The notes under the pieces are model-generated. The model was not told the DNA's origin. It searched no databases and was given only the letters and a program-made list of their open reading frames with translations. A stretch of 64,000 nucleotides of DNA from Deinococcales bacterium (GTDB lineage Bacteria > Deinococcota > Deinococci > Deinococcales > JAAFIG01), in NCBI GenBank assembly GCA_025352125.1, contig JANXTZ010000044.1:148345-212344 (forward strand), given 5' to 3'. A program made the translations under genes and the position numbers. Shown one piece after another: positions 55,261 through 64,000 of this stretch; the first letter of the stretch is position 1, and every line of letters starts with the position of its first letter.

Positions 55261-55854
55261 TTAATTGTCGGATAGGTTGATGCCGTGTTGACGTAGAAGC
55301 GCGTGAAGTGTGCCACGGTGAGATGTCTCGTGAATCACCGCGCCCGTCAAAACCCGCAAGATCGTGGCAGCCCCACGTTTTTGCATGGCAGTCGTGTCTG
55401 TGCCGCGTTGTTCGGCATTCTCGAGGGCTTTTTTGAACGTGGCTTCTGTGCCTGGCGTGGTCATCAAAAGATCACTGGCGGGTTTGTCGAGCCAGACTTG
55501 AAACTCGGCTCGAGCGGCTTTGAGGTACTCGAGCATCTGGGTTTTGCCGTCGTAAGGTTGTAACGTCCACTTTGCACCTTTTTGAAGTTCGGGTTGTTCA
55601 AAAGAAAATTGAAGCATGTAATGCTCTTCGGCTCGTTCGATATTTGTGCCAGTCAGTTGCCCTGCAAATTGCAACCTCGAGTCTGCCAGGTGAAACGCAA
55701 TTTCCCCAAGGCTATTCTAAAACGCGCCGCTCGGGTCGATGGGTCGCCACTCGAGCAAGTCTTCTGGAATCAGTGCACAAAGTTGATCGGTGGTGTTCAG
55801 TGCCCGTGCGAGGCTCGGCAGGCTTTCGGAAATTGGCAGGGTTTCGTTGCTCAT
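55261..55854 (-). pseudogene. DinB-family (DinB_2) gene interrupted by one in-frame TAG
   Basis: Start ATG at 55854 (SD AGGAAG). The frame reads ..LLEWRPIDPSGAF[TAG at 55719-55717]NSLGEIAFHLADSRLQF... and continues to ..HETSHRGTLHALL. The stop lies where the family normally has Trp (TGG). Confidence 0.7.
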
Positions 55855-55974
55855 CGCTTCCTGTTTACACCCTAACTGTGATCCGATCAATGTCAACGCC
55901 ATGACTTTGAGCTTGCCCGAAAAAATCACGCCACCAATAACGATGGCGTGACCAAAACATCTCGAGGCTCGAGT

Positions 55975-56377
55975 TTAAGTTGTTGGGTTTTGCACCACGT
56001 AAATCGAATTTCCGAACGGGTCACTTAATTGCAAATCCTTACCCCAGGGGTGGTGTTAACATCCGATGCGCCGTGACCTGCGGCTTTGAATTTGGCGTGC
56101 AGGGCATCAATGTCGTCCGTGACCAGAATCAACTGTGGTTGCTTGCCGATTTGCGAGAGTGCATCTTTGAGCGCCTGGTCTTTAAACCAGCCGTTTGGGT
56201 TCATCAGCACCAGTTCCATTTGTGGTTGGGCTGCCAGGCTCATGGTCAACCAACGTTGTTCGGGTGTGCCCATTGGGTTGTCCATCTTGACTTCAAAGTC
56301 CAGCATGTCACGGTAAAAATCGAGGGCTTATTCTTCGTTGGGAATGTATCGAACGACGTGGGTAATGCCTGTGATCA
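55975..56377 (-). pseudogene. VOC-family gene with an in-frame TAA and a frameshift
   Basis: Start ATG at 56377 (SD AAGGAG). MITGITHVVRYIPNEE[TAA]ALDFYRDMLDFEV... The canonical C-terminus PWGKDLQLSDPFGNSIYVVQ is reached only after a 1-nt frame change in the ACCACCCCTGGGG run (~56040). Confidence 0.75.
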
Positions 56378-56446
56378 TAAAAACTCCTTTAAAATCTCGA
56401 GAGGGCTTAAAAACCAATTGGCAGCCAGCGCTTTTGTGCAAGGTGC

Positions 56447-56869
56447 TTAAACATGCTGAATCCATTGTTGAATCATGTTTACAAAAGCCAACTTTTTTGT
56501 CTCGATGTCTTTTAAATTGTAAAACTTGACCATTGCGCGGTCGCTTCCAAGCCACTCGAGCAAGGATTCTGGATCGTTGATGTTGATGCCAGTGACTGCG
56601 GTGTCTCGCACTTTTGCGCCCAAATGAACAATGATTCCAACACTGTCCTTGGTTCGCAGGTGAAAGGTGGCAAAATGCTGTGTGGTACAAAAACTGGGTA
56701 CATTCCATTTGATTTGTTCTGCAATGTTTGGATCGACCTCAAGAATGATTTGTCTGATCGCCAGCATCTCTGATTTCAACCCAGAATCGAGTTCGGCAAG
56801 AAATGTTTCAACATCTGGGAGCGATGATTTATTTTTTGCTGGTTTTGTCTGGCTTTTGCCCAAGCTCAT
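56447..56869 (-). CDS. DUF1801 (YdhG-like) domain protein
   Basis: VETFLAEL......IRQIILEVDPNIAEQIKWNVPSF fits the family pattern. The ORF is intact. Confidence 0.7.
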   Translation of the reverse strand: MSLGKSQTKPAKNKSSLPDVETFLAELDSGLKSEMLAIRQIILEVDPNIAEQIKWNVPSFCTTQHFATFHLRTKDSVGIIVHLGAKVRDTAVTGININDPESLLEWLGSDRAMVKFYNLKDIETKKLAFVNMIQQWIQHV

Positions 56870-56897
56870 AATTTACCTGTTCTTGAAAACTCGAGTT

Positions 56898-57355
56898 TCA
56901 AAGTTTCATGATTTGCCGAATGGCGCTGGCATGGTGTGCACAGTGTGCGATGTTATCAATGGCGCTCGAGAGGCTGCGTTTATCCCAGGTTGCCTGAGTT
57001 TGAATCAGTTCTTGGGTCAGTTTAAATTTGTTTTGTAATCTCAATTTCAGGTCTTCCCATTCAGAGTCTTCGACGCTCGAGATTTCCAACTGCTGCCCCA
57101 ATCGGGGTGTGGTTGCTCGGTTCGTGCCCACGCCCTGACGGCGTTTAGGCATAAATGCACATGATGAACATGCGCGTCAATGTTCGGACGACCCAATGCG
57201 GGTACTTTTGAGGCGGTGATTGAACTCATATTCTCGAGCGAGAACAGAATGCCGTTGAGCCAACCACTGTCGCTTTCACTGGCAACGAATGCCGTGTTTA
57301 AACCTTTTAAGAGTGCATAGGTGATGATCGGACTCGAGATGCTGACTGTTTCCAT
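56898..57355 (-). pseudogene. DinB-family gene split by a frameshift
   Basis: Two overlapping ORFs (57047..57355 and 56898..57152) together span ~152 codons. The first carries AHVHHVHL and the second carries the C-terminal HCAHHASAIRQI. The frame change is near 57140-57150. Confidence 0.6.
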
Positions 57356-57511
57356 GTGCTCCTCGTTGGTAGAGATGATTAACGTATTTTAACACAATTT
57401 TTTGTAAATGACGTAACAAAAGTTTAAACCACACTGCCTTAAAAGGCAAGTGCCAATCAAACCTTGGGTTTTAAACACCAGATGGCGGCGGCACAGATAA
57501 AAAATTTAAAT

Positions 57512-58627
57512 TCAGTTGTGTCCAGCAATCCCAGGAGGGTTCGGCAAGAAAAAGAATGCCAGCGCCAAAATGACGTAGACGCCCAAGAGCATAAAACCCT
57601 CGAGCCAGTTGGTTTCACCGTCACGGGTGACACTGTTGGCGATCAAGACCGCACCAATCAGCGTCACAATCTCGAGCGGGTTGTTCAAAACCAAATTCAT
57701 GGGTTTGCCAATCACCCAAGACAAAATCACCAGTATCGGTGCGACCAGCAAAGCCACCTGCACCGTGCTGCCAATGGCAATCGTGACCGCCAATTCCATG
57801 CGGTTCTTGATGGCAAAAACCACCGCGCTGGCGTGTTCGGCAGCATTGCCCACAATAGGAATGATAATCAGACCCACAAAAAATTCGGACAAGCCAAAGG
57901 TTTTGGTAAATCCTTCGATGCTCGAGACCAAAAATTCGGACATGAAACCGACCATGATCGTGCTGCCGAGTAACACGCCCAGCGCAACTGGAACACTCCA
58001 TTCGGTCACATGATGCTCCGATTCGGCTTCGTCGGAGGTTGACAGAACATCCTTGTGGGTGATCAACGTGAAGACAATATTTGCGGCGTACAACGCCAAC
58101 AAGACAAAACTGACACCGAGCGCCAGGTTGGCGTCATCGATTTTGATCTGGGCACTCGAGATACCAAATTGTTTTTCTGCCACATCAAAAAGCGCTGGCA
58201 CCAGAAACGCGATCAAGCTAATGACCAACAGGCTTGCCGCCGTACCCGCACTTTCACGGTTGAAAGTTTGTTTGGTGTATTTCAAGCCTCCCAAAAAAAC
58301 CGCCAGACCCAAGACCAGCAACAAATTCCCAATGATGCTGCCCGTAATACTGGCTTTCACGACATCAAACTTGCCCGCCTGAAGCGCAAAAAACGCGATA
58401 ATCAACTCTGTGGCGTTGCCAAACGTGGCGTTCAACAAACCACCGATGGTTGCCCCTGTTCGCGCCGCCAATTCTTCGGTGGCTTTGCCCATCAAGCCTG
58501 CCAGTGGCAAAATCGCCGCCGCTGAAACGATGAAAATCCAGGTTTGTGACGGGTGAACAATGAATTCGAGCACGAAAGCCACAGGAACGAGAACCAGCAA
58601 CCAGTTCAACATCTTTGCAGTGTACAA
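57512..58627 (-). CDS. Ca2+/H+ antiporter (CAX family)
   Basis: Two alpha-repeat signatures, GNATELIIA and GNAAEHASAV, and 11 TM-type hydropathy. Confidence 0.9.
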   Translation of the reverse strand: MYTAKMLNWLLVLVPVAFVLEFIVHPSQTWIFIVSAAAILPLAGLMGKATEELAARTGATIGGLLNATFGNATELIIAFFALQAGKFDVVKASITGSIIGNLLLVLGLAVFLGGLKYTKQTFNRESAGTAASLLVISLIAFLVPALFDVAEKQFGISSAQIKIDDANLALGVSFVLLALYAANIVFTLITHKDVLSTSDEAESEHHVTEWSVPVALGVLLGSTIMVGFMSEFLVSSIEGFTKTFGLSEFFVGLIIIPIVGNAAEHASAVVFAIKNRMELAVTIAIGSTVQVALLVAPILVILSWVIGKPMNLVLNNPLEIVTLIGAVLIANSVTRDGETNWLEGFMLLGVYVILALAFFFLPNPPGIAGHN

Positions 58628-58830
58628 GAATTCCCACTTTTGGATTTTAGGTGATCAAATTGCAAGAATTTTGTGCTGATGAACAGTATTTCAGCTCGAA
58701 TTTCGGTGTTAAACAAGGCTTCAGACTCGAGCACAATGGCAGTATTTGGATCATTCCAATACAACGTTTTTGACCGTGTTGAATCTTGACACTCTTAAAT
58801 GTTGCCCTCAAATGACTTTTGTGTCGAGCG

Positions 58831-59115
58831 TCAGTGTGTCATCAGCTCTGGTTCAACCAAAGCGCTTAATTTGAAATCATGGTTTTCATTCAGCCCAGAC
58901 CACCAGCCGTCATGATTGTACCGACAGGTCCAGAACTTGAACCTCCAACAATACCTCCAAGACCACCGGTTACCGAACCCCCGCAAATTCCTGATCTTCC
59001 ACCGCTCAAGGACCCGCCAAACATTGTCCCCAGACCAGATTTTCCACCGAGCATCACCGATCCAATTCCCAGCGAGGTTCCGCCCGTACAACCGCTCAAT
59101 TAAAGGGCGTGACAT
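58831..59115. other. Low-complexity segment open in several frames on both strands (Pro-rich on plus, Gly-rich and Trp/Arg-rich on minus)
   Basis: ORF track: 58879..59103(+) Pro-rich, 58890..59099(-) Gly-rich, 58831..59115(-) W/R-rich. The coding strand cannot be decided by eye. Confidence 0.3.
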
Positions 59116-59350
59116 GAGAATTCAAAAGCTGTTGTTCGGAACCATCCTCGTTTTTGTCACGCTGGTGGCGTTGTCAAACCTGAATGCTTTGGTTGTCTCG
59201 AGTGTCATTTACCTGCCGCTTTTGGGCGTGTTTCAATTGCCGTTGTTCTTGATCGGTTTGCTTGGTGTCCTGCTGACCGCCCTGGTGTTTTTTGGGCTGC
59301 CAAGTCGAGTTTTACCCAAGCCAGCCGTGTCAAAGACCTCGAGCAACTGA
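59114..59350 (+). CDS. Small two-TM membrane protein (LapA/DUF1049-like)
   Basis: Own reading from the ATG at 59114: MRIQKLLFGTILVFVTLVALSNLNALVVSSVIYLPLLGVFQLPLFLIGLLGVLLTALVFFGL... Possible downstream frame changes link it to the coiled-coil-like ORF 59367..59606. Confidence 0.5.
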   Translation: MRIQKLLFGTILVFVTLVALSNLNALVVSSVIYLPLLGVFQLPLFLIGLLGVLLTALVFFGLPSRVLPKPAVSKTSSN

Positions 59351-59740
59351 TTGATTTTCAACGCATTTGCGCAGCCATCAAGAAAGCACAAACTTGCAGG
59401 CGTCGCTTGACACCCATGTCAATGCGATCATGGCTCGGCTCGAGATGTTGCGCTCAAATGAAAAATTAAAACTCTCAGCAGGCAATTTGGTGTTTCATCC
59501 ATCGGCAGACGAGCACCTTATCGGAGCTGTCAGACCCAACCGTGAATCCCAAATGGACAACTCACAAGCTTTGCCCCACCAAAATAACAGCCTTGGCTTG
59601 CGCTAATATTTTTGTTTTTACCAAATTTTAAGGCGGACTTCTAACGATGGCTGCCTTAACTTCATTGTCATTTTTGGGCACTTTATAGGAATACATTTTC
59701 GGCAGAATGTATTGAAATTCGTGTTGCTCGGGGCAAACTT

Positions 59741-60292
59741 TCAGGCTCGAGCCGCAGGTTTTATGCTGAACAATACCTCTTGCGCTCGAGTGGCATCGGT
59801 GCTCTGAGCAATAACAGTATAGTTCTCTATCGGTAAAAAATTAGCCGCATTTTCAGCAGTGTTTTTTTTAAAAATCCAGGTCAGTACGCCAATGACGCCG
59901 CCAACCAGCGCCCCGTATGCCGCTCCAGAAAAGGCAAGATCAACCGAGGCTTGATAAGTCGGTGTCAACATCGAAACCATCAAAGCCAAAAACGAAATGC
60001 CCAGTCCAACCACAGCGCCGTTCAGGGTGGTTTGACCGCTCGAGAAGACCAAGTTGGATTCCTGGGGTGACGGTTTGTGTTGCATTGTCTCTTTTAAAAC
60101 GATTGCCAGGGACTGTTCGTGAAAGCCGTGATCGATCAGGTAATCCAGAGCGTTTTGGGCTTCGGCGAAAGTCGTGTACGTCGCAACCGTGCGGCATTTG
60201 GCGGCACGAATTTCGGCAAGCAGTGTGGTGGGTGTTGGCATTTTGGCGTGCATAAAATCCTTTGTGTTTGCCTGATGGCAATTTGTTTTCAA
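59741..60292 (-). CDS. Membrane protein with general-stress-protein-like N-terminal domain and Gly-zipper TM segments
   Basis: VATYTTFAEAQNALDYLIDHGF and later NYTVIAQSTDATRAQEVL repeats flank the G-rich TM helices. The start is uncertain (ATG at 60253 or 60241 possible). Confidence 0.5.
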   Translation of the reverse strand: MKTNCHQANTKDFMHAKMPTPTTLLAEIRAAKCRTVATYTTFAEAQNALDYLIDHGFHEQSLAIVLKETMQHKPSPQESNLVFSSGQTTLNGAVVGLGISFLALMVSMLTPTYQASVDLAFSGAAYGALVGGVIGVLTWIFKKNTAENAANFLPIENYTVIAQSTDATRAQEVLFSIKPAARA

Positions 60293-61635
60293 GTCTTATC
60301 GGACTTACTGCCCTCCTGATTGTTCCGATCCGCATCCAAGGCGGCACTCACTTCGGGCACGACGCCTTTGTCGCGGGCTTGCTCGAGCATCGCGCCGGTG
60401 ATGGGTTCATCGGGCGTGATGATGGTCTGACCGTCGTGACTGACCACGGCATGGTTCAAGGTTTTACCCAGAGCCGAACGGATCACCGATTCTTCCTCAG
60501 CCTGAACGTTTGGATTGCCGTCGTCGTCCAAAGCCAGAACAGAGGAATCATCTTTGGGTTGATGAAGCTCCTCAAACGATGGCGCTGGATTCATTTCGCC
60601 GAACACCGCATTGATCAAATCCGCGCCGTAACGCTCAGTGGCTGCCCTTTGAATGGTGTCTTGACTGACCGTCTCGCCCTCTTTGATGATCGGTGAATTC
60701 ACATCACCCACAGCCCGGCTGACGCTAAACCCGAGCGTCGCGTCCAGTCCGTTCAACTCCGAGGTTTCGGTGACCTCCGAAGTGCCGCGCAGGCGTTCAA
60801 GTGCTTGCGTCGCCAAATCCTTTGTCCGTTGCCAACTTTCACGGATGCTCGAGCCTCCAGTGGCTAAGAACAATGCCATCAACGTGCCGTGTTCGGCGGC
60901 TCGGGTGGCTTGGGCTTGGGTAATTGCTTCGCCCGCATCAATGCTCAGATCGTTGTCGATTTTAAAGGCTTGAGGTACGGTGCGCCCAACCACGTAACGC
61001 ATTTGATTGGCTTCAAATTTATTTCGTGCCAAGCCGATGGCGCTGCTGCTCGCCCCACCAACCACATTGGATGCCTCCAGCGCCGCCGTTTTCAATGAAT
61101 TGCCCGCCGTTGACACCACCTCACCCAGACTCGATACCACCTGATTCAGGACGCTCGAGACGGTTTGGCTTGCCAGTAAAGCTTGCGGTTCGACCAAGAC
61201 CTTTTCGCCAATCCTGATTCCAGGCATTGGAATGTAGGTGCGTCCGCGCAAATCCGCGACCGCACCTTTGGAAATTTCGATGCCAACGACCAGACCTGTC
61301 GTTTTGTCAAAGCACAGGTCAGCAAGGGTTCCCAAACGTTCGCCGGAGGTACTCAGCACCTCGCGTCCACGGTAGGCTCCGGTTTTGAACGCCTCTTGCG
61401 CCTGCGCCCATGAACTGACGAGAGCAGCTTCAATGCCCTGATTAATAACAATCGCGTCATTTCCAATACTGATTTTCTCAAATGGAATGACCCGAGGATT
61501 CTCTTTGTCTGCGCTGATCGTCAGTGCAATCAAACGCAATGCTTCGGAGTCCAGAAGCACGCCAACCACAGGATCAAGTTTTTGTCCGGTGTGGCTGACC
61601 ACGGGTTTTCCGATCAATTCGTGTTCTTTGATCAT
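60289..61635 (-). CDS. PRC-barrel domain protein (two PRC barrels plus long low-complexity C-terminal region)
   Basis: Start ATG at 61635 (AAAGGA upstream). LIGKPVVSHTGQKLDPVVGVLLD and YRGREVLSTSGERLGTLADLCFD are PRC-barrel motifs. Confidence 0.7.
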   Translation of the reverse strand: MIKEHELIGKPVVSHTGQKLDPVVGVLLDSEALRLIALTISADKENPRVIPFEKISIGNDAIVINQGIEAALVSSWAQAQEAFKTGAYRGREVLSTSGERLGTLADLCFDKTTGLVVGIEISKGAVADLRGRTYIPMPGIRIGEKVLVEPQALLASQTVSSVLNQVVSSLGEVVSTAGNSLKTAALEASNVVGGASSSAIGLARNKFEANQMRYVVGRTVPQAFKIDNDLSIDAGEAITQAQATRAAEHGTLMALFLATGGSSIRESWQRTKDLATQALERLRGTSEVTETSELNGLDATLGFSVSRAVGDVNSPIIKEGETVSQDTIQRAATERYGADLINAVFGEMNPAPSFEELHQPKDDSSVLALDDDGNPNVQAEEESVIRSALGKTLNHAVVSHDGQTIITPDEPITGAMLEQARDKGVVPEVSAALDADRNNQEGSKSDKT

Positions 61636-61913
61636 TTTGAATCCTTTCAATAAACCAAGATGCAGTGTTGTGTTCAGATTAAAATGATGCTCGAGCAAGA
61701 CTCGAGGTTTGCGTCCCGGTGTCTTGTCATTGTGTCTTGTCACCTGAAGTTTGAACCGCAGCACTGACGCCAAGCTGAGGCATCACTGAAAGAGAGCTGA
61801 AGATTCAAGCCAAGCTCAGCTTTGTTTCAACCCAACATCAATCCATCTTGCCATCATCGGATCAAGGCGTTACAACCTCGGGTTTTTGGGTATCGCCAGA
61901 GAGGGACTGATTC

Positions 61914-62183
61914 ATGCCCAGATCAATCGCAAGTCAACAACCAAATGCCGACAAACGGGTCAAGCCAACTTCACAGGCTCAAACGCCCGATCAAAAAAGT
62001 GCCAGCGATGTGGTGCCACCAGCAAAAATTGCCGAGGTCGAGCAGGCGGCAGCCAAGGTCACACACCGGGCTGAAAACCCCGTGGACCGCAGTGCCGAAC
62101 TGCTGCTCGAGGAATCCGAAGTGACCAATGCGGGGATCAGCACCCCTCAAAATGCAAAGCAAACCATACGCGCTGGACGCTGA
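61914..62183 (+). CDS. Hypothetical small hydrophilic protein
   Basis: 89-aa ORF in an otherwise unassigned 600-bp gap. No motif recognised. Alternative frames are also open. Confidence 0.3.
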   Translation: MPRSIASQQPNADKRVKPTSQAQTPDQKSASDVVPPAKIAEVEQAAAKVTHRAENPVDRSAELLLEESEVTNAGISTPQNAKQTIRAGR

Positions 62184-62192
62184 AATGAAGCC

Positions 62193-62222
62193 AAAAAAAT
62201 CTGCTCGAGAACCTCGAGCAGA
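62193..62222 (-). terminator. Rho-independent terminator built from two CTCGAG sites (downstream of the sugar-permease operon)
   Basis: The minus strand reads TCTGCTCGAG-gtt-CTCGAGCAGA followed by TTTTTTT, 24 nt after the permease stop. Confidence 0.8.
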
Positions 62223-62245
62223 GATGAATACTGGGTTTAAAAAAT

Positions 62246-63604
62246 TTACTCTTTGACGCCGCCCGAAAGTGAGCCAGAGACAAAGAATTGCTGGAACCCG
62301 TAAAAGAGCGCCACGATTGGCAAAGCGCCCAGCACCGCAGCCGCGCTGAACTTGCCGTACTCGGCGGTGAATTGCTGTGCGAAACTGCGAAGCCCCAAAC
62401 CGATGTTCCAATTGTCCACCCCTGCGGCAAGCAGAATATTTGCCAGGAAAAATTCGGCATACGTGCCGATGAATTGTTGCAAGAAGATGAACACCAGCAT
62501 CGGACCCGAAAGCGGCAGCACCACCCTGGTAAATGCCGTCCAACGGGTGCAACCGTCCACCAGGGCAGCTTCCTCGAGGCTGGGAGGCAGGCTTTCGACA
62601 TATCCCTTGTAAATCCAAGTGCCGTAGGCGATAGACCCACCCGAGTACGCCAGAATCAAACCTGCAAAACTGCCCAGCAAGCCGAGACGGTACATCAGGT
62701 CGTAAATCGCCACGGCTGCCAAGAACACTGGAAACATTTGCACAAAAATAAAGAACAGCAAGACCTGAAAGCGCCCCGGGAAACGAAGCCGTGCCATCGC
62801 ATAACCGACGGTGGTGGTCAGCATCACGGTCAAAACCCCCGTGATGGTTGAAATAATAAACGTGTTGCGCAACCACAGCAAAAACTTTGCCTCGAGGCTG
62901 CCATCGCCTGTAAATTGTGCAGGTCCGAGCGTGCCGAAAAACACCAGCAAGCCAATGGCTATCGCCCAGTAGGCTCGAGTTCGGTTCTGGTTGATGCTGG
63001 CATTGGTTTTGCCAGCGTTGGACTGCACCATAAACCACAGCGCCGCGATGCCCACAATGCCCAGTGCAAAGACCACCAGCCCCAGAATTTGCCAGGGCGC
63101 AATGACCACGCCCTTGAACAATGCCTCGTAATTGCTGAAGTCTTTGCCCTCGAGACTCGGTAAAACTTTGGCTTGCACGATCAGCGGTCCGGTGTCGCCA
63201 AGGCTGGCGTCGGTCAGGGTGTTGCGCGGGTCAAACGAGGCGCTGACCACAAAAATAATTGGGTACAGGGCAACCAAAATAAAAATCCAGAAGAACAGGT
63301 GTGTGAGCTGGTCGGACATGATCGCCCAGTAACTGATTTTACGCCCCTGCCGCGTGCGTTCGCCCCAAAGCTTACCGACATAAGAGGTCAAAAAAATCAA
63401 AATCACCGCACCCAGCAAACCCAGCAGCACGTTGCGCCCGCCATTTTCTGGATACATGACCGCAAACGAACGCGGCAACACCCTCGAGGCTAAATCTCGG
63501 ACGGTGATGACGGTGAACACCAGCAATGCCGCCCCCAAAGCCCAACCCACAATGGATTGCCACGAGAAGCCCGAGCCAGAATTTGTGCCAGAACCTGAAG
63601 TCAT
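62246..63604 (-). CDS. Carbohydrate ABC transporter permease (CUT1 family, MalG-like with long N-terminal region)
   Basis: EAA loop [23 protein letters not shown] and multiple TM helices. Confidence 0.85.
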   Translation of the reverse strand: MTSGSGTNSGSGFSWQSIVGWALGAALLVFTVITVRDLASRVLPRSFAVMYPENGGRNVLLGLLGAVILIFLTSYVGKLWGERTRQGRKISYWAIMSDQLTHLFFWIFILVALYPIIFVVSASFDPRNTLTDASLGDTGPLIVQAKVLPSLEGKDFSNYEALFKGVVIAPWQILGLVVFALGIVGIAALWFMVQSNAGKTNASINQNRTRAYWAIAIGLLVFFGTLGPAQFTGDGSLEAKFLLWLRNTFIISTITGVLTVMLTTTVGYAMARLRFPGRFQVLLFFIFVQMFPVFLAAVAIYDLMYRLGLLGSFAGLILAYSGGSIAYGTWIYKGYVESLPPSLEEAALVDGCTRWTAFTRVVLPLSGPMLVFIFLQQFIGTYAEFFLANILLAAGVDNWNIGLGLRSFAQQFTAEYGKFSAAAVLGALPIVALFYGFQQFFVSGSLSGGVKE

Positions 63605-64000
63605 TTTCGAGCCTCCTTAAAGACACCAGCGACACTGAAGTTGACCATGCTGATGCCGATGGTCAAAAAGGCAACCAGCACCGCAATGGCGCTTGCCATG
63701 CCACGGTCAATGCCGTTCAAAAAGGCGGTGTTGTAACCCCACGAGAGCAAGATGTCGGTGCTGTGCGCAGTTGGAAGCTGTCCAGCTTCGATGGGTTTAC
63801 CACCCGTAAGAAGGTAAATAATGCCAAAATTATTAAAGTTAAAGGCAAATGTGCCCAAAATAATTGGGGTGAACGCGGCTGTCAGCATTGGTAGCGTGAT
63901 AAAACGGGTTTGATTCCAACGGTTTGCACCATCAATTTCGGCGGCTTCGTACAGTTCATCTGGAATGGCTGACAACGCGCCGACGGTGGCGGTCATCATG
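63601..64000 (-). CDS. Carbohydrate ABC transporter permease (MalF-like), C-terminal part only; the gene continues beyond the window end
   Basis: EAA loop [24 protein letters not shown]. 4-nt overlap with the downstream permease. The frame is open to position 64000. Confidence 0.8.
   Translation of the reverse strand, partial: MMTATVGALSAIPDELYEAAEIDGANRWNQTRFITLPMLTAAFTPIILGTFAFNFNNFGIIYLLTGGKPIEAGQLPTAHSTDILLSWGYNTAFLNGIDRGMASAIAVLVAFLTIGISMVNFSVAGVFKEARK

Noticed and set aside
55717-56330. In-frame TAG and TAA as evidence for stop-codon reassignment or programmed readthrough
   Set aside because: TAA and TAG clearly terminate neighbouring well-conserved genes (for example the STAND gene with TAA and greA with TAG). 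The VOC gene also carries a frameshift. Ordinary pseudogenisation or sequence error is more parsimonious.
61971-63038. 355-aa minus-strand ORF overlapping the sugar permease gene in another frame
   Set aside because: The translation is Arg/Gly/Trp-rich nonsense. The 62246..63604 frame has a clear EAA-loop permease signature.
1-64000. CTCGAG abundance explained by an XhoI-type restriction-modification system
   Set aside because: R-M targets are normally under-represented, not ~30-fold enriched. No methyltransferase or restriction endonuclease ORF is recognisable in this window. An orphan methyltransferase elsewhere remains possible and is listed as a test.

Overview
This is a 64-kb bacterial chromosomal window of roughly 50-55% GC. 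The lineage cannot be determined from the window. The gene content is only loosely reminiscent of Deinococcus-Thermus or Chloroflexi-type genomes.

About 70 protein genes can be supported:
- a partial KirBac-type K+ channel that is missing from the supplied ORF track
- a SARP/BTAD-NB-ARC-TPR STAND regulator and a HAD hydrolase
- an ABC-2 exporter with a DesK/NarL-type two-component system
- the ATP-grasp / alpha-E / transglutaminase operon
- LCP, yqeK-nadD, an S41 peptidase, PSP1, aat and a Fur-family regulator
- a Uma2 nuclease followed by small toxin-antitoxin cassettes
- an AAA+/VWA operon, and a YceI/HxlR pair
- an argH-argG cluster with GNATs and a Nudix hydrolase
- pfkA, rsmI, lysS, greA, an extended rplS and an ALDH
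- a copper module (DUF305-copA divergent from copZ-csoR)
- SCP2-ADH-R2lox, SbtA/SbtB and a 2-PGK-like kinase
- a run of decayed DinB/VOC genes, a CAX antiporter, a PRC-barrel protein and sugar ABC permeases

The most unusual signals are not genes.
1. The palindrome CTCGAG occurs about once per ~110 bp by hand count, roughly 30-fold over expectation. It sits mostly in phase as Leu-Glu codons and also builds terminator stems. It is missing from AT-rich islands.
2. A ~37-nt hairpin repeat family has a conserved loop and covarying stems. It is found nested inside other hairpin loops. Three copies (119 nt in total) sit exactly in the anticodon loop of an otherwise canonical tRNA-Arg(TCT) gene.
3. 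The last ~54 bp of the Uma2 gene is present three times in direct orientation, and the copies bracket small addiction-module cassettes.
4. An intragenic composition break leaves the C-terminal TPR third of the STAND protein encoded by ~30% GC DNA that is nearly free of CTCGAG.

No transposase, integrase, CRISPR array or rRNA gene was seen.
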